DNA from: Lama guanicoe
Lineage: Eukaryota
Length of the DNA: 64,000 nt
Direction of reading: 5' to 3'
Assembly (NCBI GenBank): GCA_013239625.1
Contig: MU053556.1
Span: 1 to 64,000, forward strand
A program made the translations under genes and the position numbers. This document shows positions 25,194-36,825 of this stretch, in pieces; positions within the stretch are counted from its first letter, which is position 1, and every line of letters starts with the position of its first letter. The notes below the pieces were generated by a model. That model did not search any database, was not told the DNA's origin, and saw nothing but the letters and a program-made list of their open reading frames with translations.

Positions 25194-25677
25194 GGTAATA
25201 GAAAAGAACAATACTGACTCTATACTAGATCTTTTCCTTTGACTTTAACCCTGTGCTCTGCCTCCTAGGCTTCATCTTCCTTGTGAAACAATGTTGCCTA
25301 GAGCCTGAAATATACAGGAGAGCCTATTCTGAAGGCCCTGACCTTAAAGTATATTTAACACTTTTTCATTCATAGAAAGATAACAAGTTGCAGAATAGGA
25401 AATAACGTTTGTTTTGCTGGAGGTTTACAGAGATTTGACTCAGGCAGATAGCTGCAAGAACAAAGGATTCTAACAAAAAAGAATTCCTACAACAAGAAGT
25501 TTGCTACAACCAAGCACGTAGGAAAGGAGCCTGAATTCTGACTTGGGGAGATGGTTTTCCAGGACATTAGTTTGCCATCAAGGTCTACAGAAACTTGCTA
25601 TTCCATGCCCCAACACCTGGTCTCAGAACTTATTGACCTGTCCTGCACTGAGGAGAATAAATTTGGACTCGGTAACA
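25194..25677 (+). mobile_element. Solo LTR (same family, copy 2)
   Basis: gtaatagaaaagaacaa...ctgaattctgacttggggagatgg...tttggactcggtaaca, homologous to the reverse complement of copies 1 and 3. Confidence 0.8.
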
Positions 25678-26086
25678 CTCCTATCTACCTAGCAACCTGG
25701 GCACCAGAACTGAGGACAGCTCTCCCACACCCAGGGACCTACTGTGAGCCCTTGATGGTTCCCCTAGGGTGGGGTGTGGTTTACTCAGGAGGGATGGGGA
25801 CTATGTACCAACACTCAGGCAGTCTGCTCTGTCTGGGGCTCTGATCTTTTACCTGCTGCCCCCTGCCAGCCCAACACCTGGGACATTGGAGCTAAGGCAG
25901 AGATCCTGCCAGCCTGTTTCCCAGCGTGTAAAAGGGGAATATGTACTCTTCCCAAGGTAGTTCTGAGCGACAACACTTGCGGGTGCTTGGTTCCCAGAGA
26001 AACAGGAAACCCAGCTCCGCGTGGGGGCAACGGGTGTGATCCCCGTAGGGGTTCTGCAGAGGCCTCGGCTGGAGGGCTGTACCAGG

Positions 26087-26116
26087 GAGGTAAAATTTGA
26101 GCTGCGGGCCTTGAAG
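26087..26116 (+). pseudogene. TRAPPC9: Remnant homologous to the upstream alternative first exon of the long TRAPPC9 isoform
   Basis: gaggtaaaatttgagctgcgggccttgaag = EVKFELRALK, matching the recalled N-terminal extension (...EEVKFELRALKDWDFKMSVP) of the long human isoform. Confidence 0.65.
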
Positions 26117-26343
26117 TGTTAGAGAAGGGTACAGAGGCAGGACTGCCGCCTGTTTCAGGGTGCCCCCAGAGGTAAAGCTTTTTCTCTCCATCTCTGCTAC
26201 TCATCTCCCCTCCAGATGCCTCCCTTCTCTCTGCACCTCCTGTCCGTCTCCCTCCACTTTTCCCCTCCTCCCCTCCTTCTCCCATCTTCTCCCTCCCTCA
26301 CTTCCCCAGATTCTCTCGCAGAACCAAGGATTGCTGGCCCTCC

Positions 26344-26355
26344 TGCGCATGCGCA
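26344..26355. promoter_or_regulatory. NRF1 binding motif (perfect palindrome)
   Basis: TGCGCATGCGCA immediately upstream of putative exon 1. Confidence 0.75.
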
Positions 26356-26438
26356 GTCGGTGCCAGCTGGACTGCGGGTTGGAAGCTCCAGCTCCGAGCC
26401 TGGGATCGGACCCAAAGGCTTCTCAGCTCTGTCGCCAG
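26356..26438 (+). pseudogene. TRAPPC9: Putative non-coding exon 1 of TRAPPC9 duplicate (start approximate)
   Basis: Donor cgccag|gtaggc at 26438/26439 inside the CpG island, downstream of the NRF1 site. Confidence 0.5.
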
Positions 26439-29400
26439 GTAGGCCTTTGGCTCCTGCCTGGGGCCTGGGCCTCCGGCTGTGGAAGTGCAAGGTGGGGGGC
26501 TCACGGGAAAGGTTCAGGCGGCTGCGGGAGGGCGGTCCGCGTATCACAGCCCTCGAGGGCGCGAGTCACCGTGTGTTCAGCTAAATTCCTCTGGCCAGGC
26601 CCCTCTGCCCGCGCCACCTGCCCCGGAGCCCCGGCCACACCTGTCCAGGGCCAGGTGTGCACCTGCCGCCTCGACCCAGCCGGGCTCCCCTCAGTCCGCG
26701 GCTGGCGTCCCTTTCCCCTCTCCCGCCCAAGAGTCCTCTCCTCCCGGGCTTCCTCTCTTAGGCCGCCTACCCGTCCCTGCCCCTGGGTGGTCTGTGTCCC
26801 GGAATGTCGGGGTCTGCGGACCCGGACTGGAGCGAGCAGCTGGGCCTGGGACTGGCCTCTGAGCGGGGCTGCAGCCCGCGTCCCCAACCCCCCCCCCGTT
26901 TTCCCTGCCCTGTCACCCCGGGGCTGCCCTCCTCTCCCTTTCCCGCTCCCTCAGGACCAGCTCAGTGGCGTGGGCACTGCTCACCGGGCTGAGAGCCTCA
27001 GGCTGTAAATACCGGCTTCTCCTGGTGAAGTCGGGAAAAGGGAGCGTCAGTGCTAAGGGAGCTTCCATCTCCTCCCTCAGTGTTTCTGCCCCAGATAAGT
27101 TCCTTGAACACTTTCAGGTATTATGATGGCGGTGCTTGATGATGTCACGTGTTTTTATAGTGAGGACGAGTACAGTGTTGAAAGCAGGGCTAGGTTAAGT
27201 TAAAAATGAGCTGAAGGCATGAGTCTGTGGCATCCTCCAGGCTTCCCTCTCCTAGGGTGAAACGTGTGACCATCGATTTTAGAAAGATAGTTACAGTCCC
27301 TAACTAGTCCAGCCCAGCTAGTGTGTGTTAACAGGAACAGCACCACCAGAGGCGTTGGAGACCCAGGGACATTGCAGTCCTAAAGAGCTCCTGGCACAGT
27401 TTGGTTTGTTTTGGTTTTTTGTTTTACTTAAATTGTGCGGCAGACTAGTTGTATACAGGGGAAAATAATTGTCAAGAAATATTTTTTTCATATAAGAGTT
27501 TTATTGTGATATTGTTCACACACCATGAAGTCCATCCATTTAAATGGTACAATTCAGCAGCTTTTAGCATATTCACAGTGGTGCAACCATTATTATTCCA
27601 GAACGTTTTCATCACTTCAGAAAGAACAGTGGAAATAAATGACCTATCCGCCCTTCCCCAGTGGTGGTTCTAAAGAAGTTTCTTGGCTGTTCCTGACCAT
27701 AAATTAACTTGTTACATTCCATGAAATATCTGGTAGAAATTCTTAACAGAATTGCATTGAATCTGTCTATCAAAACAGGAAGAATTAATGTCTTCATGGC
27801 GTAAACTTCTTCTACCCATGAATATGTCTGAGACCCTATCTTTTCATCTGTCCAGAGCCTGGCCCATGGGAAGTCCTCACTAATTGTTGGGCTTGTGAAT
27901 GATGAGATTCTATACATTGTTAGTTGCAAATGTAGCCTTTCACAGAACAGAAAAGTAACCTCAGTCAAACCAAGTGACTCTCTGATGTTCAGAAAGGGTG
28001 ACAGTCAGTGCTGGAGTGATCCAGTGGACTTGCTGCTTGCAGACAGAATTCTCCACCACCTTCAGCTACAGTGATTACAGTGTTCTTTTATTTTTTTAAT
28101 GACTTGCTTTTATTTTTCTAATTATTTTTTATTGAAGTGTAGTTAACTTACAATGTCAGTTTCAGGTGTACAGCAGAGATTCAGTTGTAAACATATGCAT
28201 ATGTATATGCATACATTTTTGATTGCTTTTAGTACAACCCATTACAAGAACTTGAATATAGTTCCCTGTGCTATATAGCAGGTCCTTGTCATTTATTTTA
28301 TATTTATTAATGTGTATCTGTTAATCCCCCATTTCCTGCCTGCTAACCACAGTTTGTTTCCATGTCCATGAGTCCATTTCTAGCAGCACCGTTTTTCCTA
28401 GTTAATATATGGTGCTTGGCTGCTTTCAGTTTCAGTAATTCCAACTTATCTGTGGGTGTTTTTCTTCTGGTGGGTCTGTATGTGGTTTGCACACGTGGTA
28501 ATAGAGATCTGTATTTGGGAGAACTCCAGGCCTTGTGTAGTCCCTAGTACAGAGCGCCCACTGACATGATGTTTGACCTGGGAAAAAAGCATAGAAATTG
28601 TTGGAATTTCCACTATGCTTGAGACTTCCAGGTTTGTATAACCTCTCTAGCCCACCTTAATGTTGGCTGCACCCATATTGGGTAATTTGTTGGAACTCCA
28701 TGGTATGGTGATGTAGAGACAGGGCCTTGTATGCTTCTTCTCTTTCCTTTTTCTAACACTCATTCTCCTGGGCCTCCCAGATCCTCCCACAGCAGTGCCA
28801 AGGGCTGGCTTGGTGCTGCACTCAGGCAATATTTGTTAATAAGGCCCTTTCCTCATCTCTTTGGAGCCTTTGTTTCCTTCTCTGCACAGTGAGACCGTAG
28901 ACTAGATAAGTCCTTTTCAGTTTCTTTTTAAGCCATGTTTCCTTTGAGAAACAGAAAATGCAAATCTCTCCTCCCATTTCAACCCTTTAGATTTTGATAA
29001 GTCCTCCAAGGAGTGACATAGCTCTTTGTGGAAAACTGATGTGATTGTGATTCCAGGTGGCACAGAAAAGACTCTTCAGAGATTTATTGCAGGGAAAGGG
29101 GCAGAATGTCACACTTTCTAGTGTGAGCAAAGGAGCAGGGGATTAGGTTTAAATACGGTGTCTGATGTGGCCTCTCTCTAATTTTGCACAATGTGATAAA
29201 CCTCTCTCCATCAATTTCCTCATGTGTCAAGTTGGGGTGATAGTATTTTAGGTTTTTTGTGAAACATTATACACATAATCCATTTGTGTCTCGGTAGAAT
29301 CAAGCCTTGCTAGGGAGTCAGTGATTTATTTAAAAAAAAAATCTTATCCATAGTACTCTGTGTGTATTTTGAAGTTCCTGGAGGGTGATTGTTGAAACTG

Positions 29401-30556
29401 AAGTCCATCGTGGGACAGGTGGCCCATGGTTCTCTGTGCCCCAGATTGTCCCCTCCTCCCCAGTCCTCTTCCCCTCAGTCCAGGATGAAGTTCTCTAGTA
29501 GATTTACACAGAGTTCTTGTGGAAATGGCTTTTCATTTTACTGTTTCACCAAGAAGGGCTGCCATCATGATCTCTGTGTTCATGTTTTGGTGACCTGAAG
29601 GCTATGCAATTGGGGGACCCTATTTAATAAAAAGAAAAAAAATTACAAATACAAAGTTAGACCTAGGGTCATGACAGGGGCTCTGGGAAGTGGGGACCAT
29701 TAGCTTTGTTAGCTTCAGGTGCAGTAGCCTCTGGCCACGAGGACCCATCCTCGTGCTCTGAAGTTGGAGGGACCAGTAGGTTCAGTGGGAAATTTAACTG
29801 AGTGTATCTCATGGTCTAGAGATTGTCCTATTTGTGCTGTGTGTTCCTTATTTGAGACAGTGAGCTCATTTAACCTCAATAGCCTCTTTAAAAAATTAGA
29901 CTTTTAATTTTGTGATGTAATGTAGATTCCCATGTAGTTGTAAGAGCTAATATGGAGAGGGCCTATGGGCACTTTGCCCAATTTTCCTTAATGGTTCCAT
30001 CTTGCAAAATTCGGGTACAATTCATTACTGACTCACTAACCCTTTGAAGTTTGTGTTATTGCCCTCATTTCTATTCATGATTAAACAGGGGCTTAGAGAA
30101 GCACACAGGCCTGCACAGTTCACCCAGATGGTTAGTGTAGAGTCGGGTGAACGTGGGCTTGGGATTTCCAGGCAGTACCATTATGATGGTCTGTGGCAGG
30201 GAGCAGCATTCACTTTGCTTGTTTATTCATTCATTCAACATTAATTGAGTAACTTCAGTGTGTGAGATGCTTTTATAAGGTTATCAGATTCTTCAGCAAT
30301 ACTGAGAATCAGGTAATGTTTTCTTTTTTTTAATCTGAGAAAATTAGCTCTGAGAGGTTATAACCAGCCCCCAAAGGTAATATAGCTCATAAAGGAGGGA
30401 TAGTAAATTTGTACAGTCCCCCCTTTTTATGCAGGTTGTAACCTAGGCATTTTACATTTGCAAACTTCCGTAATCTAGATATATTCTTGTAAGGCAAGGA
30501 ATTTTTTTTTAATTGAAGTATAGTCAAGTTTACAGTGTTGGGTCAATTGCAAGGTG

Positions 30557-30708
30557 TTTTTTTAATTTTGAATTAAAAAATATTTTTTGAGGAGGGTAAT
30601 TAGGTTTGTTTATTTGTTTCAATTTTTAAAGTGAGGTACTGGGGATTGAACCCAGGACCTCGTACATGCTAAGCACGTGCTCTAACACTGAACTGTACCC
30701 TCCTCCCC
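30557..30708 (-). mobile_element. tRNA-derived SINE (Vic-1-like)
   Basis: gaggtactggggattgaacccaggacctcgtacatgctaagcacgtgctctaacactgaactgtaccctcc with T-rich tail on the left. Confidence 0.85.
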
Positions 30709-31138
30709 AAGGCAAGTTTTTTTATCCATTATTCTGCAGCTTAGGAGTTCAAATAAGTTGGAGTTGATATCCAGATGTTTTGATCCACTGTGGTTCTTTT
30801 CTTTACATTCTGCTTAAAGGGTTGTGGAAAGCAGTTCCTTTGTTCATTTTTTTTATTCAGCAGTTTTGAGCACTGACTTTGCATCAGGGTCTGGCTAGGT
30901 GCTTGGAGCAAAAACAAGAAATGACCCTGCTCTGCAGGGGCCCGAAGCCTAGACCAAAAGCTGGGTAATGTGATCCGAGCTACGGTAGCCATGTGCATAC
31001 ACTGAGGACAAACTGTACCCCCGGCTTTGCTTGGGCTTCCCTTGCCTTCTGGCTGGTACACACCATGTCACCACAACCCAGAGGGGCCCACAGCCCACAG
31101 CAGAGTATGTATCTCGATCACCTCTCCCCTCTCGGCAG

Positions 31139-31710
31139 GGGCTGCAACATGAGCATCCCTGACTATGTGCAGTGCACTGAGAACGAGCAGATTCTCCTCG
31201 TGGTGGTCCAAGCCGTTGGGAGCATCTCAGAAGAGAATTTCTTTCGCATCTATAAGCGAATCTCCTTGGTGAGCCAGATCAGCCCGTGCGGCTCCCATTG
31301 GGCACTCTGTATCCACTACAGGCACCACTATGCGCCCGAGAATGGGTGGAGAATCTCCCAGACCCACAGCAAACTAGTGGGCCTTGTCACCATTACCGAC
31401 TGCCACTCGGCCAAGGCCTTCGAGAAGCTCCAAGTGCAGAGGAGCTGTATGGCACCTAATTAATGACTCTCAGCACTTTGTCTTTGTGCTGCATGGGGAA
31501 GTAGCCGAGAAGACACGCACTGACCTGGCCTTCAATCTACGAGGACTGCAGGTTGTTGGAGAAGAGGATCGAGGACTTCACTGAATCACTCTTCATCTCG
31601 CTCAAGTCCAAGTGGCTGGATAGGGCCCCCAACAAGTCTGGGGACAAGATCCCCCTCCTCTGCACATTGTTTGAGGAGGAGGACTTCATGGGACTGGACA
31701 CAGACATCAG
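31139..31710 (+). pseudogene. TRAPPC9: TRAPPC9 exon 2 remnant (first coding exon)
   Basis: Acceptor ctctcggcag at 31138, ATG 31149. It reads [38 protein letters not shown]..., then after frameshifts (~31440-31465, ~31535) ...[50 protein letters not shown]. Donor ag|gtaagt at 31711. Confidence 0.96.
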
Positions 31711-31947
31711 GTAAGTCTACCTGAAGGCCCAGCTGCCCTGGCTGTGAGCCGGAATGCTTCCGGACATCCAGGAAGGGATCAGCAAAGAAGAGAGCTGTCT
31801 TGTAGCCAAGGGTGGAGGGAGGTGCAGCCCGCCGGTTTACAGACATTTAAAAGTGAATCTGCCTTTGTTTCAGAGAGATCCTTTTAGGGTTAGTGTGGAC
31901 ACTTACTCCCGCTTTTCAGCCAGGACCCCTGGTGGGACCCTTGGACT

Positions 31948-32270
31948 TGCTGTCCAATAGAGTAGGCACAGCCACTGATGTTAGGAGCGCTGGGGAGTAG
32001 GCTGGTCTGAGCTGACATGTGCTGTAGGTCAAATGCACATCAGACGCTGAGACTTATCTAGTAAAAGGAATGTAATCTATGTTGTTACTTTCTATATTGA
32101 TTATATGTCAAAATGATAGTATTTTACATACAGTAGAATAAGTGAGATCTGTTCTTAAAATCAGTTTCAAGCAATTGTTTTTTGTTTGTTTGTTTCTTTG
32201 TTTACTTTTTAAATATGGCAACTGGGAAACTTTCTTTACATGGATCTCATTTCATTTCTGTTGGGCAGCC
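31948..32270. mobile_element. hAT-Charlie MER33/MER3-like DNA transposon
   Basis: Terminal inverted motifs gctgtccaataga ... tctgttgggcagc with internal atgtgctgta...aatgtaa...tattttacata pattern. Confidence 0.6.
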
Positions 32271-34325
32271 TGTCCTGGGACAGTCTCATCCCTTTGCTTA
32301 TAGATGAGACGCTGAATCCCGAGACGCAGAACGAGTCTCTGGTTGAGCTGGGGGTGGTGCCCGTGTCTCCTGACTCCTAGGCCCAGCACCTGCACGGCTC
32401 AGGCCCTCTCTTCATGCCCAACAGCCACCATGCCAGGTTAGGACATCAGAAACACCGCCAGGGGCTTCCGAATGAACTCCTTACACAGGGAAAGGCGTGT
32501 CACAGGGTATGGGACAGAGCAGGGAAAGGTTCCTCCTCACTTTGTCCCTGTGATTAGGTCAAAGGCCTCACTTGGCCTAGGGTGGAGGGCTTTGGAAGAG
32601 TTTGGGTTTTACTAGAACTGACACAGGAGGCAGTGAAGGGTGTCAGCAGGAAGTGACCCTCAGGAAAGGTACTTCTGGTTTTGCTTCTGATATTCTACAG
32701 GAAGTAGGGTCGGGACGGGAGACAGCAGGTATGTCTCTCCCTTTGAGACCCACCCCGTCATTCATTTATTCATAACACGAGCACTTCTGAGTGCCTAGGG
32801 AAGAGAGGGTGGACCCTCATTAATAAGCAAACTGTATTAGATTCTTGGGAGCTTAGCAGTGTCAGAAGTTGACTTAGCCTAGAATGTTCTAGGAACAGAG
32901 GAAGAAAGTGCGGAGGTTGGAGGGAGGGAAGGCTTCCTTGAGCAACAGTCAAAATGAGCCTGGAGGCAAGTGGGAAGTAGGAGCAAGTCAGGGGGCCCCT
33001 GAGGTCACTGGCGACCTGGGTACTGAGGAGAGGCTGGGCGAGCAGGGTCAGGGTCAGGGTCAGAGGTGGGGCTAGAACTCTACCAGGGAGCTTGTGATTG
33101 GTTTGAAGTGGGGGTTGATGTAATCAAATTTGTGCTTTGGGAAGGCTGTCGTGGCTTTGTGTGTGTGTGTAGCGGGGAAGGAAGAGGGGGATGTTGCCAC
33201 CAACTGGGGGGGTCATTAGAAGACCATTCACAGGCTGGGAGGCGACCAGTGGGCGAGGGGCGTCGGGGTTGCTTGGGGACAGCAGGGGCAGTGTGGATGC
33301 CGGATTTCCTTATGGGGAGGGCTTGTTAGCGGGGCCGCCCAAGCGGCACCTTGTGGCTGGAAGAAAATAGATGGAGGCCGCCAGGTGGACTTTCCTCTTC
33401 TCTCCTTCCCTGCCTTGTGTGATTATCTTAGCTCAGCCAACATTTGGAACAGAAGAGGTAAGTTCTAGGGTAGCTCAGTAGTTTGTTGCTCTCGTTCGAG
33501 TGAGATCTGAAAGGACATAAGTTTGTGTTCAGATCTGCATGTTCACTTAGCTAGAAACGTCCCTTCTTTTGGATTTCCATAGGGGTTTTTATTCTTGATA
33601 AAGATTGCTTTCTTGGTGAGAGGAAATTTAATACAGCTGTTGTCTTTCTCAAAAAGAAATCATATCTTTTAAGAAATTTAATTTTCAAAAGAATCGGAAT
33701 ATTTAAAAATGATAAAGTAAGGTTTTGGTGTAGTTTCTTTGGTTTCTGAGTTAATGTGGAGTTAGAGCCTTTGCATTACATAATAGCACATCCCTGTCAG
33801 TATTTAAAGAGCCGTTAGTGAGCTCCTCAGGCCCCACCTCTCAAAGAATCGTTAAAGTTTGCTCTGAAATAGTGAAGTCATAAAGGCCTTGTTTGCAGAA
33901 GCCAAACAGTTGTTTCATACTATGCAGCATAGCTCCTTTATAAAATAATAATAGGATCAACATTAAGAAAGTGGAAGATAATTGATTTTTTTTAAAGCTG
34001 AAACATAAACTTTCTTGTGCTAATGTTGCAACTGGAAATTTTGAAAAGAAAAATCCTTCTGTAATATCATCTACGTGGAATACATTTATACCTTTCACGT
34101 TTGAAAAGTAACTGCGCAGTGGTTTTTGATATCAGAAGCATTCCACCTCAGATACTGGCAGTGACGGTTGCTGGTTTTCAATGGAAGAGCCTAAATTTAC
34201 CTTCTTAGATTTTTTTTTTTTTAGTGAGCGGGTTGTGTAGTGCTTTGCCAGCATGATTTTGGGGCAATTTGGGAGCAGATGTCATGCACCAGCAGTGAGA
34301 TATTTCCATGCATTTTACTTTCTGG

Positions 34326-34446
34326 ACATCAACAGGGCACATGTGGGGTTTGTACCTGCAGGCTCGGATGCTGCAGGCCTCCCTGATCCATCACCGTTAT
34401 GTCCTGGAGCTGCTCCGGTCAGTGAATGATTTTCTGTGGCTTGGAG
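34326..34446 (+). pseudogene. TRAPPC9: TRAPPC9 exon 3 remnant, both splice sites mutated
   Basis: ...[30 protein letters not shown]; acceptor reads tctgg (AG>GG) and donor ttaagg (GT>TT); 5' internal deletion. Confidence 0.9.
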
Positions 34447-34799
34447 TTAAGGTGGTCTGATGCAGATGATCAGATGTGTAGTTAAAGTGCTATTACTTGA
34501 AATAAGAAAAACAGAAACATGGTTCTAAAAATACAGCATGAGGGAGGAGAATTGTCTCAGCTGCTTGCAGTGGGGAGTCTTCTCAGGTGACTCCCTCACC
34601 GTGATCCCTTCCAATATCTGCCCCAGCCCTGCACGGTAGTCCTGCCGAAGCAAGAAAGCACTTTGCTCAGAAACGCAGTGAATTTCCTTGTGCCTCTGTT
34701 GGTTGGCTTTATTTTAAATGCACATATTGCCCTTTGTTTAAATGCCATCCCTGCTACTCACCTCTTACACTCATTTTTCTGGACCTCGTCCATACATAG

Positions 34800-35320
34800 C
34801 TGCTGAATGGATGAACAGAATGAAGTATCTCCATGTAGTGGAACATTATTCAGACGTAAGAGTGAATAAAAAAGAAAAACAAAAACAAAAGGGAAGATGA
34901 AAAAGTCCTCCTGCTCTGGGAAGACAGCCCTGACTGCTCAACCCGCCCTTTTCCCTTTGAAACCCAATCACTTATACTCCACTCTACTTTTTGATAGTAC
35001 TTACCACCTTCTAATAAACTTTAACGGTTAAAAAAAAATGAGAGAGAGATGTTGATACCACTTCAACATGGACGAGCCTTGATAACAGCATTTTAAGAGA
35101 AAGGAACCAGACACAAACGGCCACATATTGTTGATTCCAGTGATCTGAAATGCCCAGAATAGGTACATGCAGAGGCAGAGAGCAGGTGATGGTTGCAAGG
35201 GGCTGGGTGGAGGGGTATTAGGGAGTGACTGTTAGTGACAGGGGGTTTCTTCTGGGGTGATGAACTTTTCTGGAACTAGATGGTGGTGAGGGCTGCAAAA
35301 CCATGAGTGTGCAGAAGACT
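34800..35320 (+). mobile_element. L1MB-like 3'-end fragment
   Basis: tgaatggatgaacagaatg...gtggaacattattcag...caacatggacgagccttga...accagacacaaacggccacatattg...ttcttctggggtgatgaac. Confidence 0.7.
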
Positions 35321-36393
35321 GCTGGGCGCTGTCTCTGGGAGTGCCTGTTGTTGGGGCGGCTTTATTTTGTTCTCATCCTGCAATGTGAAGAGACATCTGC
35401 TGTGGCCGTTCTACTCCTGTGAGTGGTGAGGGTCAGAGACTTTGTAGAGTCATGTTTCTTTTTTCCCCCTTGCTGAGTGTAGGCAAAAAATGTTTAAGAC
35501 TGGGAAAGTGCTCCATCTGCAGAAATGTCTTTAAGTTTTGCATGGTGTAAAAATCTTGAGAGCTTTTTAATCGTTGAGGACAGTCTGTGGGGGGAAATAG
35601 CCCGTGACGCCTGAGTGAGACCAGGAAGAACCACGCTTCCTTCCCAGACACGGGTGGGGATTTCACCCCCGTTCAGGCAGTGAAGGGCCCAGACCCGTGA
35701 GCGGAGTTGACAGTCGTGAAAATTTACGTGTATCCACTGATTCACCTTGGATATTAATTTCAAGCTGAGTCAGTCTGTGGCGGCAGCCTCATCCTACATC
35801 AGCAATTTATGGTATCTGCTCTTTGTGGTGAAGACCAGACACACTTGATTATTTAAGTCTCTCTTGAATTGATATCTCAGATTATTTTGTCAAAAGCAAA
35901 ACAGCAGAAATACAGACATCCTTTAATAAGAATGTGACCTGGAACGGGTGTAGTCTCTATGCCTCAGTGGCCTCATCTGCAGGTGGAGAAGATGATAACA
36001 GTGCTTCCCTCAGATAGTGAGGGGGGAGTGAGGAACACAAACGTAGGACTTACACGAGATGCTCATTAATGACAGGATTTAGTGCTCTCGGCCTAGTGAG
36101 GCTTCAGGGGCAGAGATGTCAGTACAGAGCAGTCCTAGCCAGAGATCGATCCGCGTTGGCAGCTGTTAGGATCACTGTCACCACTGTGGGTTATCAGGTA
36201 GTTTTAAAACTTGGTAATATGAATTCATGAATAATGTTAAAAGACTAGACATCTCAGATCCAGTTTACATAGTTCTCAAGATTTTCTCTGAGAAATGGAT
36301 GTTTTCTTCCCCATCTTAAATCTGAGTTGAGTCTCTAACAAAATTCTGTATTCCTCCATTTTTTGCTTTAATTCTCCATTTCTTAAAAAAAAG

Positions 36394-36479
36394 TTTTTAA
36401 ATGGAGTTATTGGGGACTGAACTGAGGGCCTCATGCATGCTAAGCACATACTCTCCCAAATGAGGTATAATATCCCCCC
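36394..36479 (-). mobile_element. tRNA-derived SINE (Vic-1-like), degraded
   Basis: ttggggactgaactgagggcctcatgcatgctaagcacatactctccc...tatcccccc. Confidence 0.7.
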
Positions 36480-36825
36480 TGATTTTTTTAAACTTTCTTT
36501 CTTAGTATTCATAGGTTAGAGGCCTCTAATACTTTTTCAGGAGACTTGTCCATGAACCTGTAAATCTATAATTAATGGACAAAACTTGGTTTATTAAAAA
36601 AATCAATAGAATATTCTGCAATCCATCCAAAAGGAAATGCTCATTGACTTAAAATGATTCTCCTTTATGGTGATTTCTACTTTTTTCATCTAGCTTAATT
36701 TATAAACAGCCATCCCCATCATCATAATGACCAAACTCACTGTAAGTGGTCACCTACCTAAGGCTAAAATGCCTTCCTCATGTTTTACTTCATAGCAGGT
36801 GTTGGAGGGTAGGTATCAGTGTCTC

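Larger units (their letters stand above)
26300..27010 (+). promoter_or_regulatory. CpG-island-like promoter of the TRAPPC9 duplicate
   Basis: GC- and CpG-rich segment spanning the putative exon 1; NRF1 palindrome and GGAAG ETS-like motifs. Confidence 0.7.

Noticed and set aside
26160..27008. 282-aa ORF over the CpG island
   Set aside because: Low-complexity, no recognisable domain, crosses the exon 1 donor; typical CpG-island stop depletion
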